Shown: positions 12,915-27,306 of the stretch, one piece after another
Layout: each line of letters starts with the position of its first letter
How positions within the stretch are numbered: the stretch's first letter is position 1
Source of the DNA: Selaginella moellendorffii
Lineage: Eukaryota > Plantae > Lycopodiophyta
NCBI RefSeq assembly: GCF_000143415.4
Contig: NW_003314297.1
Span: 1,642,890-1,706,889 of the forward strand
Reading direction: 5' to 3'
DNA: 64,000 bases
Position numbers and translations under genes: made by a program
The notes under the pieces: generated by a model
Databases searched by the model: none
What the model was told of the DNA's origin: nothing
What the model saw: only the letters and a program-made list of their open reading frames with translations

Positions 12915-13652
12915 TTATAAAACATGAGCGCTTGTAAGGGTCCAACCGGTGTCGCCACGGTGGAGTTTCGCGTTGACGTGCTCCTCCCGAGAACCTCGCT
13001 TCACCTTAAGCACGAGATCCAGAGCATTCGTTCCCTGCAGCGGCGAGAGAAACAGTGAAAGCACATTAGAACCTTATCGGATGGTCGGTGTGTGTCAATT
13101 TCAACCTCCTCCGCCTGAGCTTTGACGACATGGTCAAGCTCGTAGGGGATGAGAGAGTTGGATCTCTGCTGAAGACCCTTCAAAGCATGCTCGGCTGCCT
13201 CGTTGATCACCACGGGATCATCGAGGGCAATGGCAGCACCGGCAGTCTCTGGAGAGCAACAAGAGAAGCAGCTCGACACACACACGCAAGGAAGAACAAG
13301 TCCGAACCTTGTTTGGAAGGCTTGAACTCCTCGAGCTTCTTGAAGCTCTCCCATGGTTTTGTCCACACCTTGGCGTCGTAGACGCCGGTACCATGCTGCT
13401 CAGAGTGAGCTTCGATGCTCAAGTGGAACATGGTCCCAGACACCACTTGTGTCTGAGCAGACACCACCCTCTTGAAGCACAGATTCGCCTCTGGGTTCTG
13501 CAAAGCCACACAATGAATGAGATTATCCCCCAACCGGACACAAAAAAAAGTACCTGGCGATTGTGCTCCTCCACAGCAAACTTGGCGTGCTCTTCAGCCT
13601 CCAAGCTGTTTGCTTCCTTGAGCGGCTTGGGAGCTCCAACCAGTGTCGTCAT
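12915..13652 (-). CDS. C-terminally extended phytocystatin
   Basis: AKFAVEEHN, QVVSG and KPW motifs, plus a second domain carrying the SNSL legumain-inhibitor motif. Confidence 0.9.
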
Positions 13653-13798
13653 GGAGTCGATCTAGCTTAGAAGCGCTGCGTTGCTTGTGGCTTGACACGA
13701 GAAAACAACAAAACCCTTGCTCTATTTGCGGCTGCCACGTGGTCTTTTTATTTAGGTGCCCTACCTAGGGTTGTTGCAGAGCATCCAATTTCGATTTC

Positions 13799-14687
13799 AT
13801 GGCTGCCGCAGCCGCCCAGTTTCAGGTGCGCTATCATCCTCATCACAATTGCGCACCGCTCCGCCCCTCCTTTCCCTCCTCCTCCGCCTCCTCCTCCTCC
13901 TCTCCCCCCTCCTCCTCCTCCTCCTCCTCCTTGTGCCGCGCGGGTTTGCAAGCCAGCGGACGCCTGCCCAGACGGTCCAATTCTCGTGTAAGTAAATTTC
14001 ATCATCCCGTCACCATTACAGCAGTAGCAACCGCGTTCGCTCAAAGAGGCGGTCGGACAAGATCAGGTAATTGACGAATGAGCGGCCCGTGTCATATACA
14101 TATACATGTATCTATCTTGGCAGAGGTGCGAGCTGCTGTGGCAACGCAAGAGACGGCGGCCACGGACGATGGCCTGGCACTGACGGAGGAGAATGTGGAG
14201 ATGGTGCTGGACGAAGTCCGGCCGTACTTGATGTCCGACGGGGGAAACGTGGCGCTGGAGGAGATTGACGGGTTGGTGGTCAAGTTGAAGCTGCAAGGGG
14301 CGTGCGGATCCTGTCCCAGCTCGCTCATGACCATGAAGATGGGGATCGAAGCCCGGCTCAAGGAGAAGATCCCGGAGATAATCGGCGTGGAGCAGGTGCA
14401 AGACACGGAGACGGGGCTTGAGCTGACAGAGGAAAACGTTGACAAGGTAAGCTTCCGGGGGCTCTCCATGCTTTGGTGTCACACACCCTCGTGCGCAGAT
14501 ACTGTCGGAGATACGGCCTTACTTGGTGGGAACTGGCGGAGGGGAGCTGACGCTTGTCAAGATCGATGGGCCGGTGGTGAAGATACGCATCGAGGGTCCT
14601 GCAGCCGGGGTCATGACTGTTCGTGTGGCCGTGACGCAGAAGCTGCGGGAGAAGATCCCCATGATCGCCGCCGTGCAGCTCCTCTAG
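13799..14687 (+). CDS. NFU: Chloroplast NifU-like Fe-S carrier (NFU2/3 type)
   Basis: Poly-Ser transit peptide, [25 protein letters not shown] and a second degenerate NFU domain. Confidence 0.9.
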
Positions 14688-14779
14688 TCAGCCAGCCAAC
14701 ACTCTTACGTTAAGATTGTTGGACCTAAACATTGTTTTATCCGACGGCGTGTAAATATACACTGCACTTTGGTCCGGCC

Positions 14780-15576
14780 ATGGCGGCTGTGTGGGGAGGC
14801 GCAGCAGCTTCCACATTCCTGAGAGGCACCGGGAGTGACAGGTGCTTGGCACCGTGGAGGGCGCCGAGCAGGGCCCATGGTGGCGGCGGCCGGGGACGGC
14901 TGGGCGGCGGGGTTGGAGTCCAGGTGTTTGCCATGGCGCCTCCCAAGCCATCCGGCAAGGCCAAAAAGGGTATGGCAGCTTGAACGAGTGATGTGCGTTA
15001 TAACTAGCTAGTGCAGTGACGGGCATGGTGAAGCTGGCATTGCAAGCGGGCAAGGCGACGCCGGCTCCTCCGGTCGGCCCTGCTCTGGGTTCCAAGGGCG
15101 TTAACATCATGGCCTTCTGCAAGGAATACAACGCCAGGACGGCCGACAAGGCCGGCTACATTATCCCCGTGGAGATTACAGTCTTCGACGTGAGCTACCT
15201 CTCTCCTCCTAGTCGAGTGACTGAAATGTCGCCAAATGCAGGATAAGAGCTTCACCTTCATCCTCAAGACACCTCCGGCGTCAGTGCTACTCCTTAAAGC
15301 CGCAGGTTTGGTCATCCCTCTTCCCCTGCGCGGCCATATGCTTATTATGTGTGACAATTCGCTCCAGGCGCCGAGAAGGGTTCCAACGAGCCCAAGCGGG
15401 TCAAAGTGGGCAAGGTGACGGCGGATCAAGTGAGAGACATAGCCAAGGAAAAGCTCCCCGACCTCAACTGCACGTCCATCGACTCGGCTATGCGAATCAT
15501 TGCGGGGACCGCTGCCAACATGGGCATAGATATCGAGCCGCCGATACTTGTCCCCAAGAAGAAAGCCGTCTTGTAG
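14780..15576 (+). CDS. RPL11: Plastid 50S ribosomal protein L11
   Basis: [37 protein letters not shown] and [15 protein letters not shown], with a transit peptide. Confidence 0.95.
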
Positions 15577-15778
15577 TGCTTTGCTTTTTGAAAATCTTGC
15601 ACAGTTTTGTAACCCGTCAAGCCATGTGTCCATCCAAATTTCCCTCCTCCATCCCCTTGCCCTACTAGCTGGAAAACAACCCCGACGCCACCAGCAGCAG
15701 CAGCAGCGCAGCCTCCAACTGGTGGTAAGTAAATGCTCGCCATTCTTTTTGCTTCGTCTAGCGTAGCTTTCGCAGGCG

Positions 15779-17948
15779 ATGGAAATCTTGGACTTCTTGG
15801 AAGACCAAGAAAACGATAATTGGCGCTGCCGGAGCCACGGGTGCAAGGGCAGTGGTGAAGAACGGGTCACCCTTCCCCTGACAGAAACCACAAACCATGA
15901 CGAGGACTACTCCAAGATCCCCCTCGCTGACTACTGCAACACAGCCATATTGCAGCAGGTGAAGAGGCTACAGGGTGACGCTCTAGAGCTACGCCGGACC
16001 AACAAGGAGCTGCAGCTTCAAAAGCGTGACCTTAACGTCAAGTTGGCGGCGGCCCAAGCCCACATTTCCACCCTCCTCGCCAAGGTATACATGTATGTAC
16101 GTACTTAACACCGGTCATGGCTTTGGCTGCCTTAGAAGGACATGGCGGAGGCGGAAGCAGCGTTACTGAGGCCAGCAAACCAAGAATTGCGCAGGCAGGT
16201 AGAGGGGCTGCAGAACCAGCGCTTCAGCGAGGTGGAGGAGTTGGTCTACCTGCGCTGGGTCAATGCTTGCCTGCGCTACGAGCTACGCAATATCATGATG
16301 GACAGCACCGTCAACTGCCAGGCCATGCAGCTCAGCAAGGTCTTGAGCCCAAACTCTGGCCAGAGAGCCAAGCGACTTGTGCTCGAATATGCGGGGGCCG
16401 AGCTTGCTACGTCTCGCACTGATAGCAACGACGACGGCGATGGCGACACAACCTCCAAGTCATCAGAGTCTAGCTGTGGCTTCCCGGCGCTTGAACAGCG
16501 ACAGAATGGCAACAAGCCGAGCTTCATCAGGAAGCTGAGCCGGACGTGGTCGAGGAAAAGAAACAACTCCTTCGGATATGTTGCCAGACCGCCAGCCGAC
16601 GATAGGCGCGATACGTACAACAGCACCAGCATAGCAGAGTCTTTCCAGATTATGTCCCGCTCCATGGTGGCAGACAAGTATCCAGCTTTCAAGGACAGGC
16701 ACAAGCTGGCTGTGGACAGTGCACCTGATGCGTCCTCGTCCTCATCGTCGGCGGTGGCGGCGGCAGCAACAGCAAGTCTTTCAGCGCGTCCTCCGCCTCC
16801 TCCACCGCCACTACCAACGCCTCGTCCAGCTGTTGTGTCGTCGTCGTCCCCTCTGGCAAGCTCAAGTGATAACAAGCTCCGGTTCCAGAGAGCGCCACAG
16901 GTGATTGAGCTCTACCATGCAATGACGAAGCGTGACATCAAGAAAGATGTACCATCAACTGCGACCGCAGCAGCACGAGTCAGTGTCGATGAAGCACGGA
17001 GCAGCATTATCGGGGAAATCGAAAACAGGTCGTCTCATCTGCTGGCGGTACGTAATTTAACTACTGGGAAACTTATATCATGGCGAACAGATTAAAGCGG
17101 ACGTAGAGAACCAGCGTGAACTTGTCGTGTCCCTGGCGGCGGAAGTCCGTGCCGCAGACTACACTGAGATGGAAGACGTGCTTGCATTTGTGACCTGGTT
17201 GGATGGAGAGCTCGCTTTGCTGGTACGTGGTTGCTAGCCAGGAGCCATGCATGCTGGCTATTATAAGCTTCATTGTGCAGGTGGACGAGCGTGCCGTTCT
17301 CAAGCACTTTAACTGGCCAGAAGCGAAAGCGGATGCTCTGCGCGAATCTGCATTTCAGTACCGAGACTTGAGGAAGCTGGAGCGCGACCTGGCTTCCTTT
17401 GAGGATGACTACGGGATGAAACGCGATCCCGCTTTAAACCGAATGCAAACCGTGATGGAGAGGTACATTTCAAGGCGAGGAAGAGTCTGAAGTAAGCCCT
17501 CTCTCTGACTTGGCAGGACAGAGCACAGCATCTATTGTTTTCTACGTACGCGAGACAAAGCTGCTATTCGCTACAAAGAGTCTGGCATTCCTACGAACTG
17601 GATGCTGGATGGTGGACTCGTTGGAAAGGTAAAGCGCTTTGCTGCACCTCAAGTCCATGAATGTTTCGATCAGATGAAGGAGTCATCGGTAAAGCTGGCG
17701 GAGAAGTTTATGAAGCGAGTGGTACTCGGGCTAGATGGCGCAGGCAGCGATGAGCTTGTGGAGGAGTTTCTGCTGCTGCAAGGAGTACGCTTTGCGTTTC
17801 GTGTTCACCAGGTACTTCTTTCGTCTTATTTGAGCATATCATCTTCTTGCCCATACAGTTCGCCGGTGGTTTCGACGACAAGACCATGCAAGCATTTGAG
17901 GAGCTCCGAAGTCGCGCGCGAAAGACCACCCCTTCATGCATGTTGTAA
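15779..17948 (+). CDS. CHUP1-like protein (coiled coil, polyproline tract, CHUP1 C-terminal domain)
   Basis: RFSEVEELVYLRWVNACLRYELRN, KYPAFKDRHKLA, PPPPPPP, IIGEIENRSSHLLA, VDERAVLKHFNWPE and QGVRFAFRVHQFAGGFD. The 5' end is uncertain. Confidence 0.85.
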
Positions 17949-18036
17949 CAAGGAAATTTTCAAGCTACATAATTTACTTGTTCTCCCTATTGTCGATTAG
18001 GGTGCTTGTCCCCGTCCTGATCCCAGAGCGCCAGCA

Positions 18037-20175
18037 ATGGCGGGGGGAGCAATGCTGACAATGGGTGCCAAGGCGTCGTCGTTACACAACGAGGTTGTTA
18101 CCAGCGGGGAGACGATCGCGCTTCCTGCAGCTCACATTCGGCTCCCCCGAGGCCCTTGGACGCAGGTAAGTTATTCTTGTTTACCTTCACATCACTGCTT
18201 ACTCGCACTTGGGAGTCTCTAGATTCCAGGCGGTGTCGCTGGACCTTGCGGCTTTCGGGCTGCTGGCTTGTATGGCGGACTGAGAGCACTTGGCACCAAA
18301 CCAGACCTCGCCCTGGTTGTCTCGGATGTGGACGCCGTCTGTGCCGGTGGGTCGCTTCTTTTCCTCCTTGCCCTGTGTGTCTTCTTCTTACATGGCACAC
18401 GCAGGAACCTTCACAACAAACGTCGTGGCTGCTGCGCCCGTCTTGTACTGCAAGCGCATTCTCGCGGCCTCTACCAAGGTTGGCACGATTCTCCGCTTTG
18501 TTACTGGTAAAGTTTTGGTGTGTATCCAGGCGCGTGCAGTTCTTATCAATGCGGGTCAAGCGAATGCTGCAACTGTGAGCACGTTTCTCCATGCATGCAC
18601 GCGTCACTGACGGCTTTGATCAGGGTGATGCAGGTTACCAAGACGCCCTCGACTGCGCAACTGCTGTTGCAAAGGTAGACGTCGCTTGCTCCTGCGCGGG
18701 ACTTCAGTTATTTGTTTCTGTAGCTCCTCGGCACTCAACCGGAACGTGTTCTTCTCCAGTCCACCGGTGTAATTGGCAAACGCATCAAGAAGGTAAGGCC
18801 GCATTGTCTGCTTTGGAAATTCATAATCATTAACCGATTATTTCTAGGATGCTCTATTAGCGTCTCTTCCTCGGCTGGTGGGAGCACTTTCTTACACTGC
18901 TGACAGGTGTGCACGTTTTTCTCTTTTGTTTTCTTTTCTCATCGGACCATGGAAGTGGTGATGCTGCTGCAACTGCGATCACCACCACCGATCTTGTTAC
19001 CAAGAGTGTTGCCATCGAGACTGAGGTGAGGCTTCAGATGCATGAGTGCCTTACAAAAGCTAGTGCTGTAGGTGGGAGGAACGACCGTTAAGATCGGTGG
19101 CATGGCGAAAGGATCTGGGATGATCCATCCAAACATGGCGACGATGCTTAGTGTAATCCTTATTTGATTATCAAGAATGTCTCCAAATCTTGAGTTTATT
19201 CGCAGGTTGTAACATGCGATGCTCACGTTTCATCGGATGTGTGGCAAGATCTGGTCAAAACCGCTGTTGGCCGGAGCTTCAACCAGATCACGGTATGCCA
19301 TTCTTTTCAACAGTGAGATAAGGAGGGTAAACTCTCAGGTGGATGGAGACACGAGCACCAACGATACCGTCCTAGCACTAGCCAGCGGTGCCTCTCGTGG
19401 ACGTCTGCTCGACAATATGCAAGACCGTGATGCACAGCAACTCCAAGCCGCACTGGATGCAGTGAGCATGTTACTGCCTTGTGTTCGTGTTGACAAGCTA
19501 TTCATTGTATCTTGGCTATACAGGTGTTCCAAGGCCTGGCAATGTCTATTGCATCCGATGGGGAAGGTGCTACATGTCTTGTCGAGGTTTGTAGGCTCCG
19601 CTGCATGCACCTTTCTCACAGTCTGCTTTGATGTAGGTGGAAGTCACAGGCGCTCACTCCGACGATGCTGCAGCTGTTGTCGCTCGTTCAGTTGCTCGAT
19701 CGTCCCTGGTCAAGGTTGCGTGTTACTTTCTCTTTTTATCTTTCACTTGAGCGTTGGTGTGAACTAGGCTGCTGTCTATGGAAGGGATCCGAATTGGGGG
19801 CGTGTAGCATGCGCAGCAGGTTACTCGGGCGTTGACTTCGACCCTCAGGAGCTGGAAATCCGGCTCGGGAGTTTTGTGCTGATGCAGAAGGGGCAGCCAT
19901 TGGAGTTTGACCGGTGAGTCATCAGTTGTATGTATCTATCCAGACCTGATCCGAGGGACGCAATGCAGCGCAGCAGCGAAAGACTACTTACGTGCGGCTG
20001 GAGAAGTTCACGGCGTCGTTGCCATCACAATCTCAATCGGTCTGGATGCTGTTGTGTGACAAGTGACCAACGGAGGTGGTGCCATGTTTCAGGTGGCGGA
20101 ACAGGACGGTCCACTGCGTGGGGCTGCGACTTGAGTTACGACTATGTGAAGATCAATGCTGATTACACAACTTAA
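18037..20175 (+). CDS. argJ: Arginine biosynthesis bifunctional protein ArgJ (ornithine acetyltransferase), many short exons
   Basis: [54 protein letters not shown] and [18 protein letters not shown]. Confidence 0.95.
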
Positions 20176-20278
20176 TAACTCGCTTTGGTGGTACTTTTAA
20201 AGTAGGGTTCTTGGTGATGTACACTTCAACAAAAAAAATTTAAATTTTTTTATTTAATTTTTTATTTATTTCTGTTCC

Positions 20279-20368
<90 letters not shown>

Positions 20369-20382
20369 CTATGTATATATAT
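20279..20382. repeat. Compound (GT)n/(AT)n microsatellite
   Basis: Alternating GT and AT runs that directly abut LTR element A. Confidence 0.95.
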
Positions 20383-23300
20383 TGTGAGTGCTTGGAATAT
20401 AGAAGGGGAATACAAAAAATATCAATTAGCATATCAATTAGCCTAAAAACCCTAACTTATATACAAGAGCGAGTGGTCCAGATTGAAACTAATCTGATAG
20501 TTACCAAAATCTCACTACGCTAATATTAGTATACGGCATCATAGCTGTACACTTGGCTCTCACATCATCCCCTCCTCTCGGAATAATGGAAGACCATCAG
20601 GGTTCTCTTGTAGATGGGCCAGGATCGAGAGGAATGTCAGGAGGAGGCATTGGCAGATCTGTAGGTGGTATTAACTGCTCTTGATCCCTTTGTATAAAGC
20701 ATTTCAATCGTTACACATGCACAATCTCTGGAGGATCGGTCTGCTAAATGTCATGCCAAACCTCATAAACTTGTGGTCCAACTTGCTGCAACACCCGATA
20801 CGGTCCTTTCCACTGCACAAGGAGCCCCTTAGATAAACCATGCACCGTAAGATGGGAAAACTGACTAACACCAAATCATCCACTTTGTACTCCGCAAGTG
20901 GACGATGATGGGAGTTGTACCGCCGTTGTCGTCCCACTTGTACCCGGCCTAAGTGTTCGGCAGACTCCGTTTGCACAAGTGGAAGAATGCTCGTCAAATA
21001 CTGATCCCATGACCTAGCATCCGCAGCTCGTGGCAATTGCAAAGGTAAACTCAGCTCCGTTGGTAATATTGGATCATGACTATATAGGAGTTTATATGGT
21101 GAAGCACCAATAGAACTTTGCACCCCTGTGACATATGCATACCGAAAAGACGGCAAATAACCATCCCAATCCGAATGCTGAAAGTTCACATACTTTGCAA
21201 TCATCCCTTTGAATGTCTGAACAAGCTGTTCCACTAGACCGTCTGATTGTGAATGATAAACACTCATGAAAGTGTGGCGTATCCCCAACCGAGATGTCAA
21301 AACATGAAATGCCTCGGCCATAAATGTGGGACCATTATCTGAAAGAATCCGCTCTAGACAAGAATGCGGGAACACCACTTGATTGAGGAGGAAGTATCCA
21401 ACAGCAATTGCAGAGGCGCTAGCAAGAGCACCAACTTCTACCCAATGAATCAAGTAGTCACAAGCAATAATAACATACTCTTTGCCAACAGTCAACTGTG
21501 GAAAAGGTCCCATAAGATCAAACACCACAACTCAAATGGATGGGAAACTAAAATTGACTCCAACCGTCCTTCCACAGCCCGAGGGGGAGTATTACGAGCT
21601 TAGCATCAAATGCAGCTACATACATACCGGATAATATCACATCGCATCTTCAGCCAATAAAAAGACCTACGTAGCTTCTCGGTTACACGCAATGTCCCAT
21701 ATGCCCACCTAAAACAAGAGAATCATGGTAGGCATGGAGAAACCGCGGAATAAAGATAGAAGGCACCACCAGCCATAAATGATCATCAAAATCCATCCCC
21801 ACAAAATAAAGAAGGCCATCTTCAAGGCAAAATTGAGAATGTAAATGCTAGAAAGGCAAGTCATCAGCAAATGATGTAGGATTCTCAAACCTATCTCGAA
21901 GCCTTCGAATCCACGGCTCAATCTTTTGAGCCTCACGAACTTCATCAAGAGAAGGTAGATCTTGCTCTGCACCTTGTGGACACTAAACATCAAGTACAGC
22001 AACCGCCGATGGCACAGAATCTTTGTCTAGAAAATCCATAGAGGCTGGAACAACAAGCTCGTCAGAAACATGAGAAGAGAGTGGAGAAGGAAGAGGAGCT
22101 CGAGAAAGGGAATTAGCATCAGCCATAGAACTCCCTGGGCGATGAACAACATCAAAATCATATATCTAAAGCTTCAAAACCCACTAAGCAATAGGACCAA
22201 CCAGGTTCTTCTGTTTCAATAATGAAGTAACGATAGCATGGTCACCTTCAAGTAACATCCAAGAACCATGTAGATATGCATGAAGGTTCTCGAAATCCCA
22301 AACTGATGCTAAACACTTCTTCTATGTTGTGGAGTAGTTCATCTCTGCTGGTTGTAATGTATGGCTTATATATGCAATAGGATGATGTTGACCATGCACA
22401 CTCAGGCTTTCTTGCATCAACACACCTCCAAGACTGATATCAAAAGCATCTACGCGCAAAATAAAAGGTTGAGTGTAGTCAGGATATGCCAAAACCGGAG
22501 GAGTCATCAACAACTCTTTGAGATCTACAAATGCCCACTCACAATCTGAAGACCAAATAAAAGATGATGTTGATGACTTCAGCAATGCTTGCAACAATGT
22601 AGTGTGATCAGAAAGATGATCCATAAAACGACCGAGATACTGCACCTTGCCCAGGAAGCGCTACACATCATTCACACATTTCGGAGTAGGGAACTTTAGA
22701 ATAGTCACAAGTTTATTAGGATCAACTTGCAAGCCCTCACGAGAAATACAGTACCCAAGATAAGTTGTGTCCTTAGACCCAAACATGCATTTTAACCGCT
22801 TCAGCTTTAAACTAACGTCCCGTAGCCGATCCAACACTTTACACACATCACGAATGTGCTCCTCCCACATCCCCTCCGAGTGAATCAAGACATCATCAAT
22901 GAAGTCAGCAGTCACCTCTGGCATATCACAAAGAACCTTGTCCATCATTCGCTGGAATGTTGCTGGAGCATTGTTCAAACCAAATGGCATCACCAAAAAC
23001 TTGTATAAACCAAATGGTGTATGAAAAGTTGTTTTAGGAATATTTTCTTCAGCCATTGGTACTTGCCAATACCCAGAAGCAAGATCTAGCTTGGTGAATT
23101 AACGACTTCGCCCCAGACGATCCAAGAGATTAGCAATGTGAGAAAGAAGGTACACATCTGGGATTGTCACATCGTTTAACGGACGATAGTCAATGCAAAA
23201 ACGAATACTCCCATCAGGCTTCATCACAAGATGAGGTTCACATGCCCAAGGACTCCGCGACTTCCGAATAGCACCCTTCTTCAACATCTCTTTGACTTTT

Positions 23301-24549
23301 GCACGTAAAATCTTGATCTCCTTGGGTGACCAGCGATGAACAGGAACCTTGATTGGACGAGCATCCCTGGTTGGAATCAGATGATGTGTCGCAATCTTGG
23401 CCCCAAACGATAACTCAAATTCAAAGAGATCAGAATACTCCTTCATGAGCCAGTCAACCGCTACAACACAAAGACTGTCAGAGGGATTGGAAAAGGGAAG
23501 AGAAGAACAAGATAGAAACATAGGAGGAAATAGTGGGGGAACAAAAGTAATGAAAGCAGAGGTAAAAATAGAGGGACGAAAAGATACAGAAGTGAGAGGA
23601 ATGGATGAAACATAAGAAAGTATGAGAAAAGGGGGAAAAGCTTTAAAGTCACACTTAGCATGATTGCGCTACAACTAATCCATACAAAGAATGAGGTCAA
23701 AAGCTTGACTCGGCACCACCCGCAATGACTGCAACTCAAGCTCGAGATTGCCCACACGCACAACCAGGTCCGCCTCATCCCGTGCACATGCATGTGTACG
23801 GCCATTGCCATAAAGAATGAAAACAGATTCCACCGCACGACACAAGTGTAAACAACAACATGTGGCAATAGGTCAAGCAATAGAAGATAAACTCGAACCT
23901 GTATAACCAACATGGAGAAAATAATAGGAGACCTCTTGTTATAAAAACGAACTTGGAAAGTAAACACTAGATGAACCAGTGCTGAGTGAACCCCTTGATG
24001 ATACTCCCGAAAGAAAGATGGAGGCGTCACTGACTTATTCGCGCAAGGTCCCTTCGTTACTCGTGCGACTCCTCGTTTCCCAGATGCATCTCAGTGTCTA
24101 AACCTTCCACTACGGCAGCACCAACAGGACGTTGCTGATGCGAAGGTCTCCACTCAGAAAATGCAGGTCGCCAATCCGGAAAATGCCGATACCGCCGATA
24201 AGTATGACCAACTTCATCACATGCCCAACAGCGAACATCACGGCCACGACCACGTCTTCGCCCTTGTCCTTGGACTTGAGCAGTAGCAGTAGCATCAACC
24301 TCCATTGGAACAGGACCATGTGAGACACAAAATCCCTAGGATCCAAAGTGGAGCCGAAAGGGTGCCATGTGGTAGTGGCCAAAACGAAAGCCAAACAAGC
24401 ATAACACGTTTGGACTAAAAGCTCCAACTTGAAAAGTCAAGAGCGAGAGTGGAACTCCTAACAAAGTGCTCAAGGAACGAGCATGAAGCGAGTGATAAGC
24501 AAGGCTCCAAAAAAGGACCCAAAAGGACCAACACATGACATGTGGAAGT

Positions 24550-25000
24550 TTCCGAGATGGAGTCTGAGATGGACTCGAGTTGGAGTTTGAGATGGACCCG
24601 AGCTAGAGTCCGAGATGGACCTGAGTTGGAGTCCGAAATGGAGTCTGAGATGGACCCGAGTTGGAGTCCGAGTTGGAGTCCGAGATGGACCCGAGTTGGA
24701 GTCCGAGGTGGACCCGGGTTGGAGTCCGAGGTGGACCCGAGATGGAGTCCGAGATGGACCCGAGATGGAGTCCGAGATGGACTCGAGATGGAGTCCGAAA
24801 TGGAATCTGAGATGGAGTCCAAGAAGGAGCCGAGATGGAGTCCAAGGTCGAGACCGAGACCGGAACCGAGACTGAAACCGGGACCGAGACCGAGATCGGG
24901 ACCAAAACCGAGGCCGAGGCCGAGGCCGAGACCGAGCCCGAGCCTGAGCCCGAATCTGAGTCCAAGTCCGAGTCCGAGTCTGAATCCGAGTCCGAGTTCA
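24550..25000 (+). repeat. Tandem array of 6/11/12-mers (GGAGTCCGAGAT, GGACCCGAGAT, CCGAGT) inside the B left LTR
   Basis: Directly visible. Homologous arrays lie at about 39395-39980 and, inverted, at 27141-27338 plus 34585-35057. Confidence 0.95.
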
Positions 25001-26136
25001 AATCTGAGAGGGTGAAAGCCCAAAGTGTTCGTCTCCTAGACCCTACGGGGTTTGGTGAGCTCCAAAAGTATAATGAGGGGGAGGATTGCAGTGGAGCCAG
25101 TTTGGCCAGGAAAGGCCAGTTTGGCCCAGGAAGGCTGTACCCACTGTTGGGTGATGAGCTGCCCACTGGGAAGTCCAAGACTAGAGTGAACACAGACCGA
25201 CAAGTGGGGTAATTTGGTGAAGTGTTCAAGAGCTGGCTCTAGTTCCCCCAAGAGATCGACTGGCTGATGCTCCCAGTCCAAGTGTGGATGGCACTACCTA
25301 CTTGGATACTTGGCATGGTTCAATGGAACCTCACTCTAAGCCCCTGGCTAGAGCACCTAAAGGCGGAAGGCAGGGAGAGTACCCATGAGGCCCGTATAGG
25401 GCCACGGTATTTCGAAATGTTGTCCCAAAAGTCCTAGAATGTGGAAAGGAAGGGGAATAGCCCTCTGGTGTGGTGACCAAGGACACAATCACACAGTGAA
25501 GAAGTCTTAGAGGACAATGGGACTTAGTGGTCGGGCCCGTGGGCCTTGATCCAATGGCGGTGTTGGCAAACACGGCCAAGGACAAAAAGGGATTTGGTGG
25601 GGACCGGAACGGAGATATTGGGGAAGGGTATTCCCCATGTCTGTGGGCATCCTAAGGATGCTAAGGAGTGGATTTAGGATGACCACTCATGGATGAATGG
25701 CCCAGTCTTGGAGAGACGGGATTGCAATGCAAGTGGTGTTAAACCACTGATGTAACCAAGGTAAATGAGCGTGGCCTAGCGTAACGGGCTCATATGTCGG
25801 TGATACCTTGGGGTGTTGGTCATGGGATTGGACACGTGGAGCACTTGGACCAGGTTGAGTGGCATGGATGCCATTCTCTGAGCTAGCAAGCCCCAAGTCC
25901 TGAATGGGACTTATGGAGGTTGTGAATGAGACTCCTCCAAGTGGTTAGAGTTGTGGTTAAGTGACTAAAGTAGAATGGAAAAATTAGTCGCTTACAACTT
26001 GATATTGGAGCTGTTCCTTAGTCCAACTTTTATTGGTGCTCAAGTATATCACCATTAATATTGGCATCGAAAAGTCCTAGGAGTGGACCTATCCTTGAGG
26101 AGTACCATGTCGAGAGGACATGGCTCTCCACTCAAA

Positions 26137-27268
26137 TGTAAGCGACTAAATTTTCCATTCTACTTTAGTCACTTAACCACACCTCTGACCACTTGGAGGA
26201 GTCTTATTCACAACCTCCATAAGTCCAATCCAGGACTTGGGACTTGCTAACCCCGAGAATGGCATCCATGCCACTCAACATTTGCACTTGGTCCAAGTGC
26301 TCCACGTGTCCGATCCCATGACCGACACTCAAAGGTACCACCGACATAGCAGCCCGTTACGCTAAGGCCATGCCCAATCACCTTTGCCACACTGGTAGTC
26401 CAATACCACTTGCATCACCGTCTTGGCTCTCCAAGACTAGGCAAACCATCCGTGAGTGGTCATCTCAGATCCACTCCTTAGCATCCTTAGGATGCCCACC
26501 GACAAGGGGAATAGCCTTCCCCAATATCCCTCTGTCAGTCCCCACTAAGTCCCTTTCTGCCCCTGGCCGTGTTTGCCAACACTGCCACTAGATCGAGACC
26601 CACAGGCCCGATCACTAAGTCCCACGGTCCTCTGGAACTTCCTCACCATACGACTGTGTCCTTGGTCACTACCCCAGAGGACTGCTCCTCTTCCTTTCCA
26701 CAATCTGGGCCTTTGGGACAACATTTCGGAACACCGTGGCCTTACGCGAGCCACCTGGGTACTCTCCTCGCCTTCTGCCCTTGGGTGCTCTAGCCATGGG
26801 CTTAGAGCAGGTTCCGTTGAGCCACACCAGGTATCCAAGTAGTTAGTGCCACCCACACTTGGACTGGGAGCATCGGCCAGTCGATCTCCCGGGGGAACTA
26901 GAGCCGGCTCTTATACACTTCACCAAGCTACCCCGCTTGTCGGTCTGTGTTCACTCTAGTCTTGGACTTCCCAGTGGGCAGCTCATCACCCAACACTGGG
27001 TCCGGCCTTCCTGGGCCAAACTGGCCTTTCCTGGCCAAACTGGCTCCACTACAGTCCTCCCCCTACTATACTTTTGGAGCTCACCAAACCCCCCAGGGTC
27101 TGGGAGACGAACGCTTTGGGCTTTCACCCTCTCAGGCTCCAGACTCGGACTCGGACTCGGACTCGGACTCGGACTCGGACTCGGACTCGGACTCGGATTC
27201 GGACTCGGACTCGGACTCGGGCTCGGGCTCGGTCTTGGCCTCGGCCTCGGTCTCGGTCTCGGTTCTGA

Positions 27269-27306
<38 letters not shown>

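Noticed and set aside
13692-14044. Polyproline and polyglycine ORFs
   Set aside because: These are alternative frames of a (CCT)n tract encoding poly-Ser in the NFU transit peptide.
20378-20382. Target-site duplication for element A
   Set aside because: The flanks TATAT and TAAAC do not match. The left flank is a mutable microsatellite, so pairing of the two A LTRs rests on PBS/PPT polarity and gag continuity.
25004-25037. Hammerhead-like CTGAGA-GGGTGAAAGCCC-AAAG (possible retrozyme)
   Set aside because: It lacks the full CUGANGA and GAAA core, no stems I/III are evident, and the D copy has no CUGA.
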